From positions 19,222,001 to 19,286,000 of the forward strand of contig CM075987.1 of NCBI GenBank assembly GCA_038087875.1: a stretch of DNA of 64,000 nucleotides. Direction: 5' to 3'. This DNA is from Malacoraja senta (Eukaryota). The position numbers and the translations under genes were made by a program. Of the stretch, positions 51,735 to 62,765 are shown piece after piece. The notes under the pieces are model-generated. The model made no database searches, was not told where the DNA came from, and saw nothing but the letters and a program-made list of their open reading frames with translations. Numbering within the stretch: the first letter of the stretch is position 1; each line of letters begins with the position of its first letter.

Positions 51735-53028
51735 AGGGCCTGTCCCACTTGGGCGACTTAATCCGTGAGTTCTGGCGAGTTTGCCCTCGACTCGTACTCG
51801 CAGCATGATCGACACGAGGTCGTAGGAGGTCTTCGTAACTCTCCTTCATGCTCGAGAGTGGTATCCGCGTACTCGAGGCCTCAGCTAGGTCGCGGCGTTT
51901 TTTTCAATATGTTAAATGCCGGCGAGTAAAAAAAGGTCGCCATGGAAAAAATAGATACTTTTTTTACTCGTAGGTTTAGTCGTAGTAGGTCGTCATGTTA
52001 GTCGTAGGTAATCGAGGTAGTGGAAAGTAGTCGAAGATAGTCGTAGATAGTCTTCATCATAGTCGAAGGGAGGTCGAAGGAGATCGAAGGAGGTCGTCTT
52101 CACTCTCCACTATTCGGTGTCCAATTTTCCCGAAGTTAGTCGTAGCGTTAGTGGATAAATGTGAGGTTATCCACTTTGGTGGCAAAAACAGGAAAGTGTG
52201 GCCGATTAGGAAAAGGGGAGATGCAGCGAGACCTGGGTGTCATGGTACACCAGTCATTGAAAGTAGGCATGCAGGTGCAGCAGGCAGTGAAGAAAGCGAA
52301 TGGTATGTTAGCTTTCATAGCAAAAGGATTTGAGTATAGGAGCAGGGAGGTTCTACTGCAGTTGTACAGGGTCTTGGTGAGACCACACCTGGAGTATTAC
52401 GTACAGTTTTGGTCTCCAAATCTGAGGAAGGACATTATAGCCATAGAGGGAGTGCAGAGAAGGTTCACCAGACTGATTCCTGGGATGTCAGGACTTTCAT
52501 ATGGAGAAAGACTGGATAGACTCGGCTTATACTCGCTAGAATTTAGGAGATTGAGAGGGGATCTTATAGAAACTTACAACATTCTTATGGGGTTGGACAG
52601 GCTAGATGCAGGAAGATTGTTCCCGATGTTGGGGAAGTCCAGGACAAGGGGTCACAGCTTAAGGATAAGGGGGAAATCCTTTAAGACCGAGATGAGAACA
52701 AACTTATTCACACAGAAGTGGTGAATCTCTGGAACTCTCTGCCACAGAGGGTAGTTGAGGCCAGTTCATTGGCTATATTTAAGAGGGAGTTAGATGTGGC
52801 CCTTGTGGCTAAAGGGATCAGGGGGTATGGAGAGAAGGCAGGTACGGGATACTGAGTTGGATGATCAGCCATGATCATATTGAATGGCCTACTCCTGCAC
52901 CTATTTTCTATGTATCTATGTAGCTAGTCTTCAACATAGTCGAAGGAGGTCTTCAACATGCCATTTTTTCAAACTCTCCTAAACTCTCCTAAACTCGCCA
53001 ATTAGGTCACCCAAATGTGACAGCCCCT
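51735..53028. mobile_element. Harbinger-like MITE (copy C) containing a CR1 insertion
   Basis: AGGGCCTGTCCCACTTGGGCGACTTAAT ... ATTAGGTCACCCAAATGTGACAGCCCCT; flanks TAA / TGA; internal GTCGTAG/GTCGAAG repeats continue after the LINE. Confidence 0.8.
52147..52920 (+). mobile_element. Young CR1 3' fragment nested in MITE C
   Basis: ORF 52161-52724 [20 protein letters not shown]...; GTAGC repeated at both junctions. Confidence 0.93.
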
Positions 53029-53503
53029 TGAGGCAATTATTTTCTTCCATGCATTTTGCAGACAAAATGGTGGTGGACCGCATAGAAAGTAACAGTTCAT
53101 GCGATACTATTAGCTGCTGTGCATCAATCTAATTTTTACGTTTTTTGAGGTGAAAGTACAGTATGCCAAACCCGTCACCAAAAAAAGTACATTACCCGGA
53201 GCTATTAGCAATCATTTCATTTGGCTGGTTGACCAAATGATAGGTTATAATCAAGTCTTACAGTGGGAATGAGAAATTTTAGAGGGTTTTCCAGAACTGG
53301 TGGTCTAAGGAGGTGAGACACAATTGCCATTAATGAAATTCCAAAAATTGGGAAAGTGTAGTAGCCCTAAATAGGGGAAGCTCAAAGATCTTGGGTCTTC
53401 CTAGACTGGAGATGGGAAGAGATATGACCTTTTGTAGATTTGGAACGGAGGATGGGCATTGCCGGGTCAGGAGCCAGTGTAAGTCACACAATACACAGCA
53501 ATG

Positions 53504-54186
53504 GTAGACAAAAATGCTGGAGAAATGCTGAGCCACCTGGAGATCAGGTTGGTTATTGCGAACCGAGCGGAGGTGTTGGGTGAAGCGATCGCCAAGCCTA
53601 TGCTTGGTCTCACCGATGTAGAGCAGCTGACACCTAGAGCAGCGGATGCAATAGATGAGGTTGGAGGAGGTGCAGGCGAACCTCTGCCGCACCTAGAAAG
53701 ACTGCTTGGGTGATGAGGTGAGACCAAGCGTAGGCTTGGCAATCGCTTCGCCCAACACCTCCGCTCGGTTCGCAGTAACCAACCTGATCTCCCGGTGGCT
53801 CAGCACTTCAACTCCCGCTCCCATTTCGAATCTGACCTTTCTGTCATGGGCCTCTTCCATGGCCAGAGTGAGGCCCACCGTAAATTGGAGGAGCAGCACC
53901 ACATATTTCGCATGGGCAGTTTGCACCCCAGCGGTATGAACATTGATTTCTCCAATTTCAGGTAGTCCCTGCTTTCTCCTCCCCTTCCCAGCGCTCCCTC
54001 GGCCCACTGTCTCCGCCTTTTTCTTCTTCCGGCCCCCCCCCCCCCCACCCTCGCATCAGTCTGAAGAAGGGTCTCGACCCGAAACGTCGCCTATTTCCTT
54101 AGCTCCATAGATGCTGCCTCACCCGCTGAGTTTCTCCAGCATTTATGCCTACCTTTGATTTTCCAGCATCTGCAGTTCCTTCTTAA
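53504..54186. mobile_element. Penelope-like composite: inverted piece plus direct 3' end, with 16-bp TSD
   Basis: 53504-53710 minus strand (RFACTSSNLIYCIRCSRCQLLYIGETKHRLGDRF), 53716-54186 plus strand; ACAATA[C/T]ACAGCAATG at 53488-53503 and 54187-54202. Confidence 0.88.
54061..54088 (+). ncRNA. Minimal type I hammerhead ribozyme-like motif (Penelope-associated), best-preserved copy
   Basis: CTGAAGA-A-GGGTC-TC-GACCC-GAAA-CG-TC: CUGANGA core, helix II hairpin, GAAA, palindromic ACGT mini helix III, GUC site; helix I weak. Confidence 0.6.
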
Positions 54187-55165
54187 ACAATATACAGCAA
54201 TGATCAGTGTGGCTTTTACTGGCTCATATGAGCACTCCTCATCTAAGTTGAGCTCTCAATAATGCAACTTCTCATCATGCTTGGAAACATTTGCCCTGAG
54301 CTGTAATGTTATTGATCCTTGAGGGTAGATGTATAAAATAAATTACAAGGACATTTTTATGCAAAGGTGTATGGAAAATCGCGAAGTAAATGGATTAAGT
54401 TAAAGTTTATGCAGAGCTGTAAAAGTGACAAGTCATTGTAAAAGTACTTAACAGTTGTAACGCACTTTGCATCTTTCTGCCATCCTGCAATGCAAAACCT
54501 TTCATTTTTCCTCCTTGGAAGGTAATTAAACTTACACCCTTTTGCAAGGGCCTCAACATATATATTGTACAAATAATGATGATCACATGATTACAAATGT
54601 CACATCGACAATAAATTAACATTGAAAGTTCCAACAGGAGCAATTAAAATCAAATGTGGAACTTGTGTACTGTTTGCTTGCCCTAATCTTCTTGACTATG
54701 TTAAATTACAGGCAAACAGGAAAAGCACAGGAAGTGATGGAATTCCTTTTAAATATTCACGCTCAAAAACTGTCCCTCAAGGCCCATGTCACATACTTCC
54801 ACACTTTTTATGTTTTTCTTCGCCTAAAAATTAACAACGTGGAAATATTGAGAGTACATTAACTGTAATAGTACATTTTTGTTAATTGCTTAATAAATTA
54901 GTTAGTGAATATAATTTAAATTCCATTATGAGAAAAAATGCCTTCATTTATATTTATATATGGGTTAACAATACAACAGATACATCCCTGCAAATAAAGA
55001 TGGGGATTTGAAGAAAGACATAAATACTTTCCATATCCAATCGTGGAATAAATTATAATGTGCAAAGTGAAAAAGTGAAATGCACTTTGATATCCTTTTT
55101 CCTTCAATAATATCAAGGCAGTCCTCTAACTGGATGCCAAATCAAATAGTGATTTAGAAATGTCA

Positions 55166-55298
55166 ATGTAGGAAGGAACTGCAGATGCTGGTTTAAACCG
55201 AAAATAGACACGAAATGCTGGATTAACTCAGTGGGACAGGCAGTATCTCTGGAAAGAAGGAATGGGTGACGTTTCGGGTCGAGGCCCTTCTTCTGTCT
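55166..55298 (-). mobile_element. Short Penelope-like terminal insertion with 14-bp TSD
   Basis: ATTTAGAAATGTCA at 55152-55165 and 55299-55312; begins at a hammerhead-like core. Confidence 0.82.
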
Positions 55299-56929
55299 AT
55301 TTAGAAATGTCACACTGTTCCAGAAGACAGGAAACTCAAGGAAAACCATAGTAGTGAGTCTTAATAAAAGTTTAGTTTAGGTCTTGCAAAGTTTGTATTG
55401 TGAGGAACAAATCAATTGTGATTAAAAAAAAAGAAAATACTTATATTTTTATTATACTTTAAAGGGGTTGCAGAATGATCCAAAATGCTTTACAGCCCAT
55501 TAAGTTTAGCTTGAGGAACAGCACCACATCTTCCATCCAGGCATGTTGCCTTCCAGACTCAATACTGAATTCTGTAAATTCAGGTAACTCTCATTCTCTA
55601 TCTGTGTCAGAACTGGCCATTTCTTCCATAAGTCATCCATCTGTGATGTTGGCTTAATTTTTCTCCCTCCATTATTAAAACTTGATCTGGTGGACATGTC
55701 CTACGTTTTGTGACTTTTACATTCAACTGTGTTCTCACCCTCTAAACACTGTCGTTTCATAGCTGACCCCTTTCTGTAAATGCCCTCAGTAACATATTGA
55801 GTGAAACAGCATGAAAACAGGTCCTTTGGCCCAACTTGTCTAAACTCGTCCATGTTGACCAAGACGCCCCATCTAAGCTAGTCCAATTTGCTTGTGTTTA
55901 GCTCTTCCACAAAACCTTTCCCTTCTCCATGTACCTGTCAACTGGGTGGTATTCAGTTGTTCCATTTGTCCTACCACTTTCACATCTTCTCTGCACCTTA
56001 AATACAAATATTTTTCTCAATTTTTCAGTTTTGATGAAGGATCTTCACCCTGCAACATTAACACCATTTCCATTCCCACAGATGCTGGCTGATCTGCTGT
56101 TTCCAACATGTCCTGTTCTTTTTTTTCAGAATTTCAACATGTGCATTTTATTTATTTCCATCGTGTTTCACGATGAAAAAAATGTGTTCAATGTTTTGAC
56201 ACTGCAACAGCTTTTTGCAATAGTACCCCTAATTAAACACCCATGCACAATTCAGCTGCTAGATGTTTGTTAACTGGAAAGCCTACGAAGTTCTTTTAAA
56301 CCATAGTTTTTTATTTAATTCAATCCTTCGTAGGATTGGTTTTTCCAGCCAATTTGTCCACCACAAACGTCACTCATGTCAAACTCTGGGGCAGTAATTT
56401 TGACAGAACACTGACAAGTCCTTTTTACATCCTAACATCACCAACTTTCCCACCCTCAAGTGATTGGAACTGAAAGAGATTTTGAACCCACCAGCAGACT
56501 GCTTTTTAATTTGGCATCTTCAGTTATTGAATCCCTGCCCTTAGAGCAATAAATTTGATGCTGATGCTTTGTTCTTGTTATACATAGACTTAAGGATCTA
56601 CCCAGCCACCTGTTACAACAAGAAGTGATAACCTAATAAAATATAATCTGAAAATCAGATGCAGCAGCAATATTTGAGCATTTTATATAGTCAAAGTGAG
56701 GATGATAGAGAAAATGTTATACTGAAGCCAGCTTGTGTAACAGATAGAATTGCAGCTGAGAGACTCCAAAGCATATTGCGAGTGCAATATGTAAAACAAT
56801 CGCCTCTTTTCAAAGCCATGTGTTGTGAATGATGACAAAATCAATGGTGAGAAGTGCAGGTGCTTCACCATTTTTGTCAAATTATTAAATGTTTTCATAA
56901 GTCTTAACTCCTAAATTATGCTGTCAGCC

Positions 56930-57320
56930 AATGTTCAGTTGACATCACTTTTATCTGTGAATTAGAAGGTTGTGAGTTGAAATACTATACAACATAAGCT
57001 ACTAGTCAGGAACTAGCACAGAGAGTATGCTGCATTGCCATTTGGTTGTGGTTAAACTGAAGTAGTATCCATCTGCTCGGGTGGTTTTGGAAGACCCCAC
57101 AATAGCACTTCAGAATGCAATCAAGTTCCTATCCCAGCCAATATCACTTAAACCAATTTTGCCGTTAACCCATTGCTGTTTGTGGGAGCTTACTATGTGC
57201 AGAAAGGTTGCTGCATTTCCTCCACTGCAGTGTTGACCACACTTCAGAAAAAATTGGCTGGAGTTTGAGGTATCCCAAAATCAGAAAATATGTCATATAA
57301 TGCAAGTCATTGTTTCTTTA
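56930..57320 (+). mobile_element. Ancient Deu-domain SINE (SacSINE/AmnSINE-like)
   Basis: cattgctgtttgtgggagcttactatgtgcagaaaggttgctgcatttcc...acacttcagaaa...ttggctg...tataatgcaagtc resembles the DeuSINE 3' region; further decayed copies near 8000, 25700 (-), 41980 and 55440 (-). Confidence 0.65.
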
Positions 57321-57977
57321 TAAATGCACATACAAAGTGCTGGAATTATCTCAACCAGATTTTCCATTGCATTTGTCCTTTGCTTCAGGCAGAAAGTAGC
57401 TCACTTGTTCAGCACTGTGTTTACATTTCTAGAGAGATTCCACCCCGCTGATATTATAAAGTAAAGAAGCTTCATTAGGTCCCACTTCCCCTACTCTTAT
57501 CATCTTTTGTCTTTCAGTTTCTGATGACTAGCACTAGATTTCTTTTATGAAATCCATCAGCTGCCCCTTTGTCAACATTTCAAATTATTTCCTTGAAGGC
57601 CAAGCTCATTGCTTATCTGCTGAGTCCTGGAGACTGCTCAACTGAGTCCAGCTAAGTCACTTCAATGATAAACACAAATAGGCAATTAATATTTTCAGTG
57701 ACCTGTGGTGAGCAGGTAGCTTTATACATTAAATAACTGGTGCAGTGGGTGAAGTTTACCCTAGTTTCTGCTGCATTATTCTTCCTGTTAAATCACCCTA
57801 CTTCTCACTGCTTTTCTATGGCAGGACCCAAATATTTATATAATGGAGAGGAAAAAAAGCATTGATGCAACGGCACAATCGCATGGAAAAGCTGAATTGC
57901 CAAAATGGGTCAGTGGAACTAGATGGCCTACTTCCATATCTTTTTTTCCATTTCGTTCTGTGATGGTATTTGGTGTG

Positions 57978-58442
57978 TCATAAGTGTTTAATTGTCATAT
58001 GTACTGGCAACAGAACAATTAAATTCTCACTTGCTGCAGCTTAACAGGCCCGTTAATGCAATAATACACACAAATAAATCATAAGCAATAATATAATAAA
58101 TCAAGAACTGGAATACTAGGTAACCATAATAGTGCAAACCTGAAGTTCACAGTGCAACCAAAAACACAGTCCATAGAAGATCATACTTGCTGAGGTTAGT
58201 TTTGTACTGTTTATAAGAGCTTGATGGTGGCTGGTGAAAAAACTGTTCTTGAAACTGGTAGTCATGGATTTCAGGCTACCGTACTTTTTTCCCAATGGTC
58301 ATAGTGAGATAAGAGCATGGCCAATGTGGTGTGGTTCCTTGATGATATTGGCTGCCCTTTTTGAGGCAGTGTCTCCTATAGCTCCCTTTGAAGGTGGGGA
58401 GGTCAGTACCTGTGATGGACTGTGCAGTGTCTACCACTCTAT
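57978..58442 (-). mobile_element. Rex1/Babar-like LINE 3' fragment
   Basis: RVVDTAQSITGTDLPTFKGSYRRHCLKK on the minus strand, homologous to 13795-14283. Confidence 0.72.
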
Positions 58443-58825
58443 ATGGTTTACTGAACCGAAATGTCACATATGTTGCAACTATGGTAATACTCAGCAAATC
58501 AGACAGCTTCAATGTAAAGAGAAGCAGGGGGTAAGAGTAATTCATTTTGTTTTCTGATGCTGCCTGACCTGAATGATGGCAACACCTTTGGTTTTATTTC
58601 AGTGCACAAATAACGGTGCAGTTGGTTTTTATTGCTTGTATCATTTCAGGTTGAGTGAATTTTGAGTTTAATCATGTCAGACCCAAGTACCCAAGAGCAG
58701 GACTCGATTGAAGTCTGGCACCGAGTGCACTACGGACAGAATCCTGCAGAAAATAATCTATATCACCACTTTGAGGAAGAATGGGTAGTTGAAGTTGTCA
58801 ATTAGAATTTGGGAATAGATTTGAT

Positions 58826-59650
58826 TGTTTGAAAGATACAGGATGGAAACAGGACCTTCAACCCACCGAGTCTGTGCCGACCATCGATCGCCTGTTCACA
58901 TTAGTTCTATAGAGGTGTATAAGATCATGAGAGGAATAGATCGGGTAGATAGATTCAAGGGTCTCTTTCCCAGAGTAGGTGAATCGAGGACCAGAGGACA
59001 TAGGTTTAAGGTGAAGGGGAAAAGATTTAATGCCCATCTGAGGGGTAACCTTTTCATACACAGGGTGGTACCAAGCTGTCAGAGGAGGGAATTGAGGCAG
59101 GGACTATCCGAACAATCAAGAAGCAGTTATTTAGACAGGTATATGGATAGGACAGGTTTGGAGGGATATGGACCAAATGCTGGCAAGTGGGACTAGTGGA
59201 GCTCGGACATGTTGGCCGGTGTGGGCAAGTTGGGCCGAAGGGCCTGTTTCCATGCTGTATCACTATATGCCACGTGCGCATCCAGTCCCAAGCAATTTAC
59301 AGAAGCCAATTAACAAATCCGCACGTCTTTGGGATGTGGAAGAAAGGTGGAACACTGGTAGAAACCCATATGGTCACAGATGTAAATGTGTAAATTCCAT
59401 AAAAATAATACACAAAGATAGACAAAAAATGCTGAAGAAACTCAGACTGAAGAAGGGTCTCGACCTGAAACGTCGCCTATTCCTTCTCTCCATAGATGCC
59501 GCCTCACCCGCTGAGTTTCTCCAGCAATTTTTGTCTACCTTCGATTTTTCCAGCATCTGCAGTTCTTTCTTATCAAAGACAATACCCGAGGTCAGGATCG
59601 AATCCGGGTCTCGGGCACAGTGTGGCAACAGCTCTACCAGCTGGGCCACC
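58826..59650 (-). mobile_element. HE1-type SINE interrupted by a CR1 (about 58906-59267, +) and a Penelope terminus (about 59414-59575, +)
   Basis: SINE tail 58826-58905, body 59268-59410, head 59580-59650; CR1 peptide IEVYKIMRGIDRVD; hammerhead motif at 59447-59474. Confidence 0.8.
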
Positions 59651-60151
59651 CTAAAAAAATGGAAACTCTTTTGTTTGCTAAACTGGCAACATGACCAAGG
59701 GAAGATTGTAATCCATCAGTGCAGAGTGGAGGCTCCTTTGATCGAGAGAAGTGTTATGTAGTTCAGTGCCTTTTTACTGCTGAGCATTGCCTTGAAAATG
59801 TGCAAGATGCAGAATGTGAAATGTTTGTCAGAACGCTTCCACATTCATGGAGACACAAGGAGGTGCAGATGCTGGAATCTTGAGCAAAACACAAAGTGCT
59901 GGAGGAACTCAGTGGGTTAGGCAGCATTTATGCAGAGAATAGATAGGTAACGATTCAGGGAGAACCCTTCTTCAGGTTTTGTTCTTAAGGCTGGTAATTG
60001 TTATGTACAATTCCTTTATTTTGGTGTTAGTGATATTGTGCTGCATTACTGATGGAGATGTCAAAAGAATTTTTCAAAACAACAAGAATTAGGCAAACTG
60101 GGTTTCATGAAGCACACTTTAAATATCTTGCCTCATATTTAATCAAACCCA

Positions 60152-61994
60152 AAGGTATGCTCAGGGCAAATTTTGACCCCCTACTTAATAAACTGAATAC
60201 ATTAATTAAATTCTGGAAAACGCTTCCGATGTCTTTAATAGGCCGAATAAACGCAATAAAAATGATCTTTTTACCACAAATTTTATACCTATTTCAATCA
60301 ATTCCTATATACTTACCTAAGAAGTTTTTTAAAAAACTCGACTCGGATATCACTAATTTTATATGGGACTATAAATCACATAGAATACAAAAAACCCATC
60401 TGAATAAATCTAAAGTATTGGGGGGTCTAGCACTACCTAATTTTATGTATTATTATTGGTCAGTAAATATTAAAAACATGATTCAACTGATGGATAACTC
60501 CACCCAGCAAGTAGACTGGATTGTAATGGAGAAAGAGGATTGCTCCTCTAGAAACATTGGAGCGATCCTCCTCTCTCCAATGAAATTGAATAACATAAAC
60601 TATAATAAGAACCCAATTATTCATAGTACAATCCGTATTTGGAAACAAATAAAACAAAATTTAAAATTAAGAAACTTATCACTTTTATTACCTATAGTCA
60701 ATAACCCTTCGTTTAGTCCTTCTATTATAGATAAAGCTTATACACAATGGGATAGACTAGGAATTAAAACGCTTGGTGACTTGTATGAAACTGGAAAATT
60801 ACTTTCATTTCAACAATTACAAATAAAATATAAACTCGGAAATAATCAATATTTTAAATACTTTCAAATATGCGACTATTTGAAAAAATATATAAAAGAT
60901 CATCATAATAACCCAGCAGATGTACTGGACGAGGCAATGCAGATAAAAGCGGAATCAGCAAACTTAATATCATATTTGTACAATATTATCTTAAATGCAC
61001 AAATACCATCTACAGATGGTATCAGAAGAGACTGGGAACAAGAGTTAGCTATTAAAATTTCAAAGGAAAGTTGGAATGAATACTTATTAAAAGTGCATAA
61101 ATGCTCGATTAATGTAAGACACACTTTAATACAATTTAAAATTTTACATAGATTATATTATTCGAAAACTAAAATTCATAAAATTTTCCCAAACGTATCA
61201 TCTATTTGTGATAAATGTCAATCCCAAGAAGCAACTATAGCGCACTCATTTGTCTTCTGTACAAAAATTCAAAAATTTTGGAATGAAATTTTTGAAATCT
61301 TTACAAAGTTATTTAAAACAAGACTGATACCCAAAGCAGAATGGATTATCTTCGGAATAACGGAAGATGATCCAGAATTAAATGTGTTTCAAAAGAAATT
61401 AATGGATTATGGGTTAATAACTGGAAAAAAGCTAATTCTAAAATTTTGGAAGAAGGCTCCAATACCAACTATAAATATGTGGATTTCAAATATGTTTGAA
61501 ACATTACACCTTGAAGAGATAAGACTCCTCCTAGCAGGTAAACCAGATCACTTCCACCTGACGTGGTCTGCATTTATAGAATTATTACAAACATAGGGTG
61601 CAAAAGTACTTTAAAAAAAAATAAAAAATTGAGGTCGGGTAAGGGGGGATGATAGTTGAAGAGTTGGTATGTCCTATTTACGTGATGCTCAAAAAAAAAA
61701 CATTTGTTTCTCTTTTTTTCTCTTTCTCTTTTCTTTTCTTAGGGCCTATTTCTTAACTCTTTTTCTTTTTGTTTTTAATTTCGCTCTTATAGGGTCTTCG
61801 TCCTTTTTTGTTGTTACATTTTCTACACTTTTCTACACTTGCACTTTTTCCTTCACTTTCTTCTCTCTTTCAATCTTTTCTTTCTCTAGTGTAAAAAAAT
61901 AAATAAAGGGAGTACATTAATTGTAAGATGATATAAATGACGAGTATTAATGTATGTGGTTGTAATGTAATGTACTTCTAATAAATAAAAATTT
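60152..61994 (+). mobile_element. Recent 5'-truncated L1-clade LINE with uninterrupted ORF2 C-terminal half
   Basis: LSLIGRINAIKM-type motif, GGLALPNF, zinc knuckle CDKC...HSFVFC, stop at 61596; perfect 17-bp TSD ATATTTAATCAAACCCA at 60135-60151 and 61995-62011; AATAAA near 61980. Confidence 0.95.
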
Positions 61995-62765
61995 ATATTT
62001 AATCAAACCCATTCCGAGAATAAATTCTTTGTCCCTTCTTGGCCATGGTTAATTTGAGAGGCAAGTATCTGTGGTGGTTGCTGTTCATCCCTAAATCTGA
62101 ATAAGAAAGAATATACAAACATAGCCAGAGGCCGTTAGACACTGCAGCAGCACACTGGAGACGAGGCTACTTTTGAATTAAAATATGCACTCAACCATAA
62201 TGGATTCCTTGGTACTTGTGCATTGTGGTACTTTTACAATTTAGATCATTAATTCATTCTTGCAACTTAATCTGTTGAGAAAGATGGCACATTTTAATTT
62301 AAACATAAGTACTATAATTGTCTTATGAGGCAAATAAAACTGAGGGTCATCAGATTATATAGTAAGATGCCATATTGCAAAATGCCACATTGCAGTGGAA
62401 AAATGCTGTGGGGGAAATACCTTTGAACATCAAATGATTAAGGGAGCATTCACTGCAAATTGTGAAGTAGACCAGTGGTAATATTAATGGGTAAATGAAC
62501 GTCAAGTGAAGAGAGAGTTATAAAACAGTGACTTTGTAGTTTGCAACTATATCATTTATCACCTACTATTTTACATACACTGTATATCATATTTTGCCTC
62601 ACTTTGTCCCAGATGTATACACTGATACCCAACTAAGGTTGTAAGATGTTCAGAGTAATTGGATTGATCCACAGAGAGATGAGAAGAAATGTAATGCAAG
62701 TGTTAAAATTGTAAAAATGTCTTTAAATGTATTTAATAAAGAGAAATAGATTCCATTCGCAGATA

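Noticed and set aside
51960..52145. GTCGTAG/GTCGAAG short repeats as a CRISPR-like array
   Set aside because: Irregular 7-10 nt motifs with no constant repeat-spacer period; they lie inside a MITE in a eukaryotic genome.
53062..53092. Possible downstream GPSM1 exon (QNGGGPHR after ttttgcag)
   Set aside because: Stop codons follow within about 10 codons in the relevant frames; the similarity is too short.
54712..54862. Possible exon 10 after ttacag
   Set aside because: The required phase hits a stop within 8 codons; no resemblance to the GPSM1 linker and no clear donor.
59168..59761. 197-aa ORF as a novel gene
   Set aside because: It runs across a CR1 tail, antisense SINE and Penelope terminus; a chance open frame.
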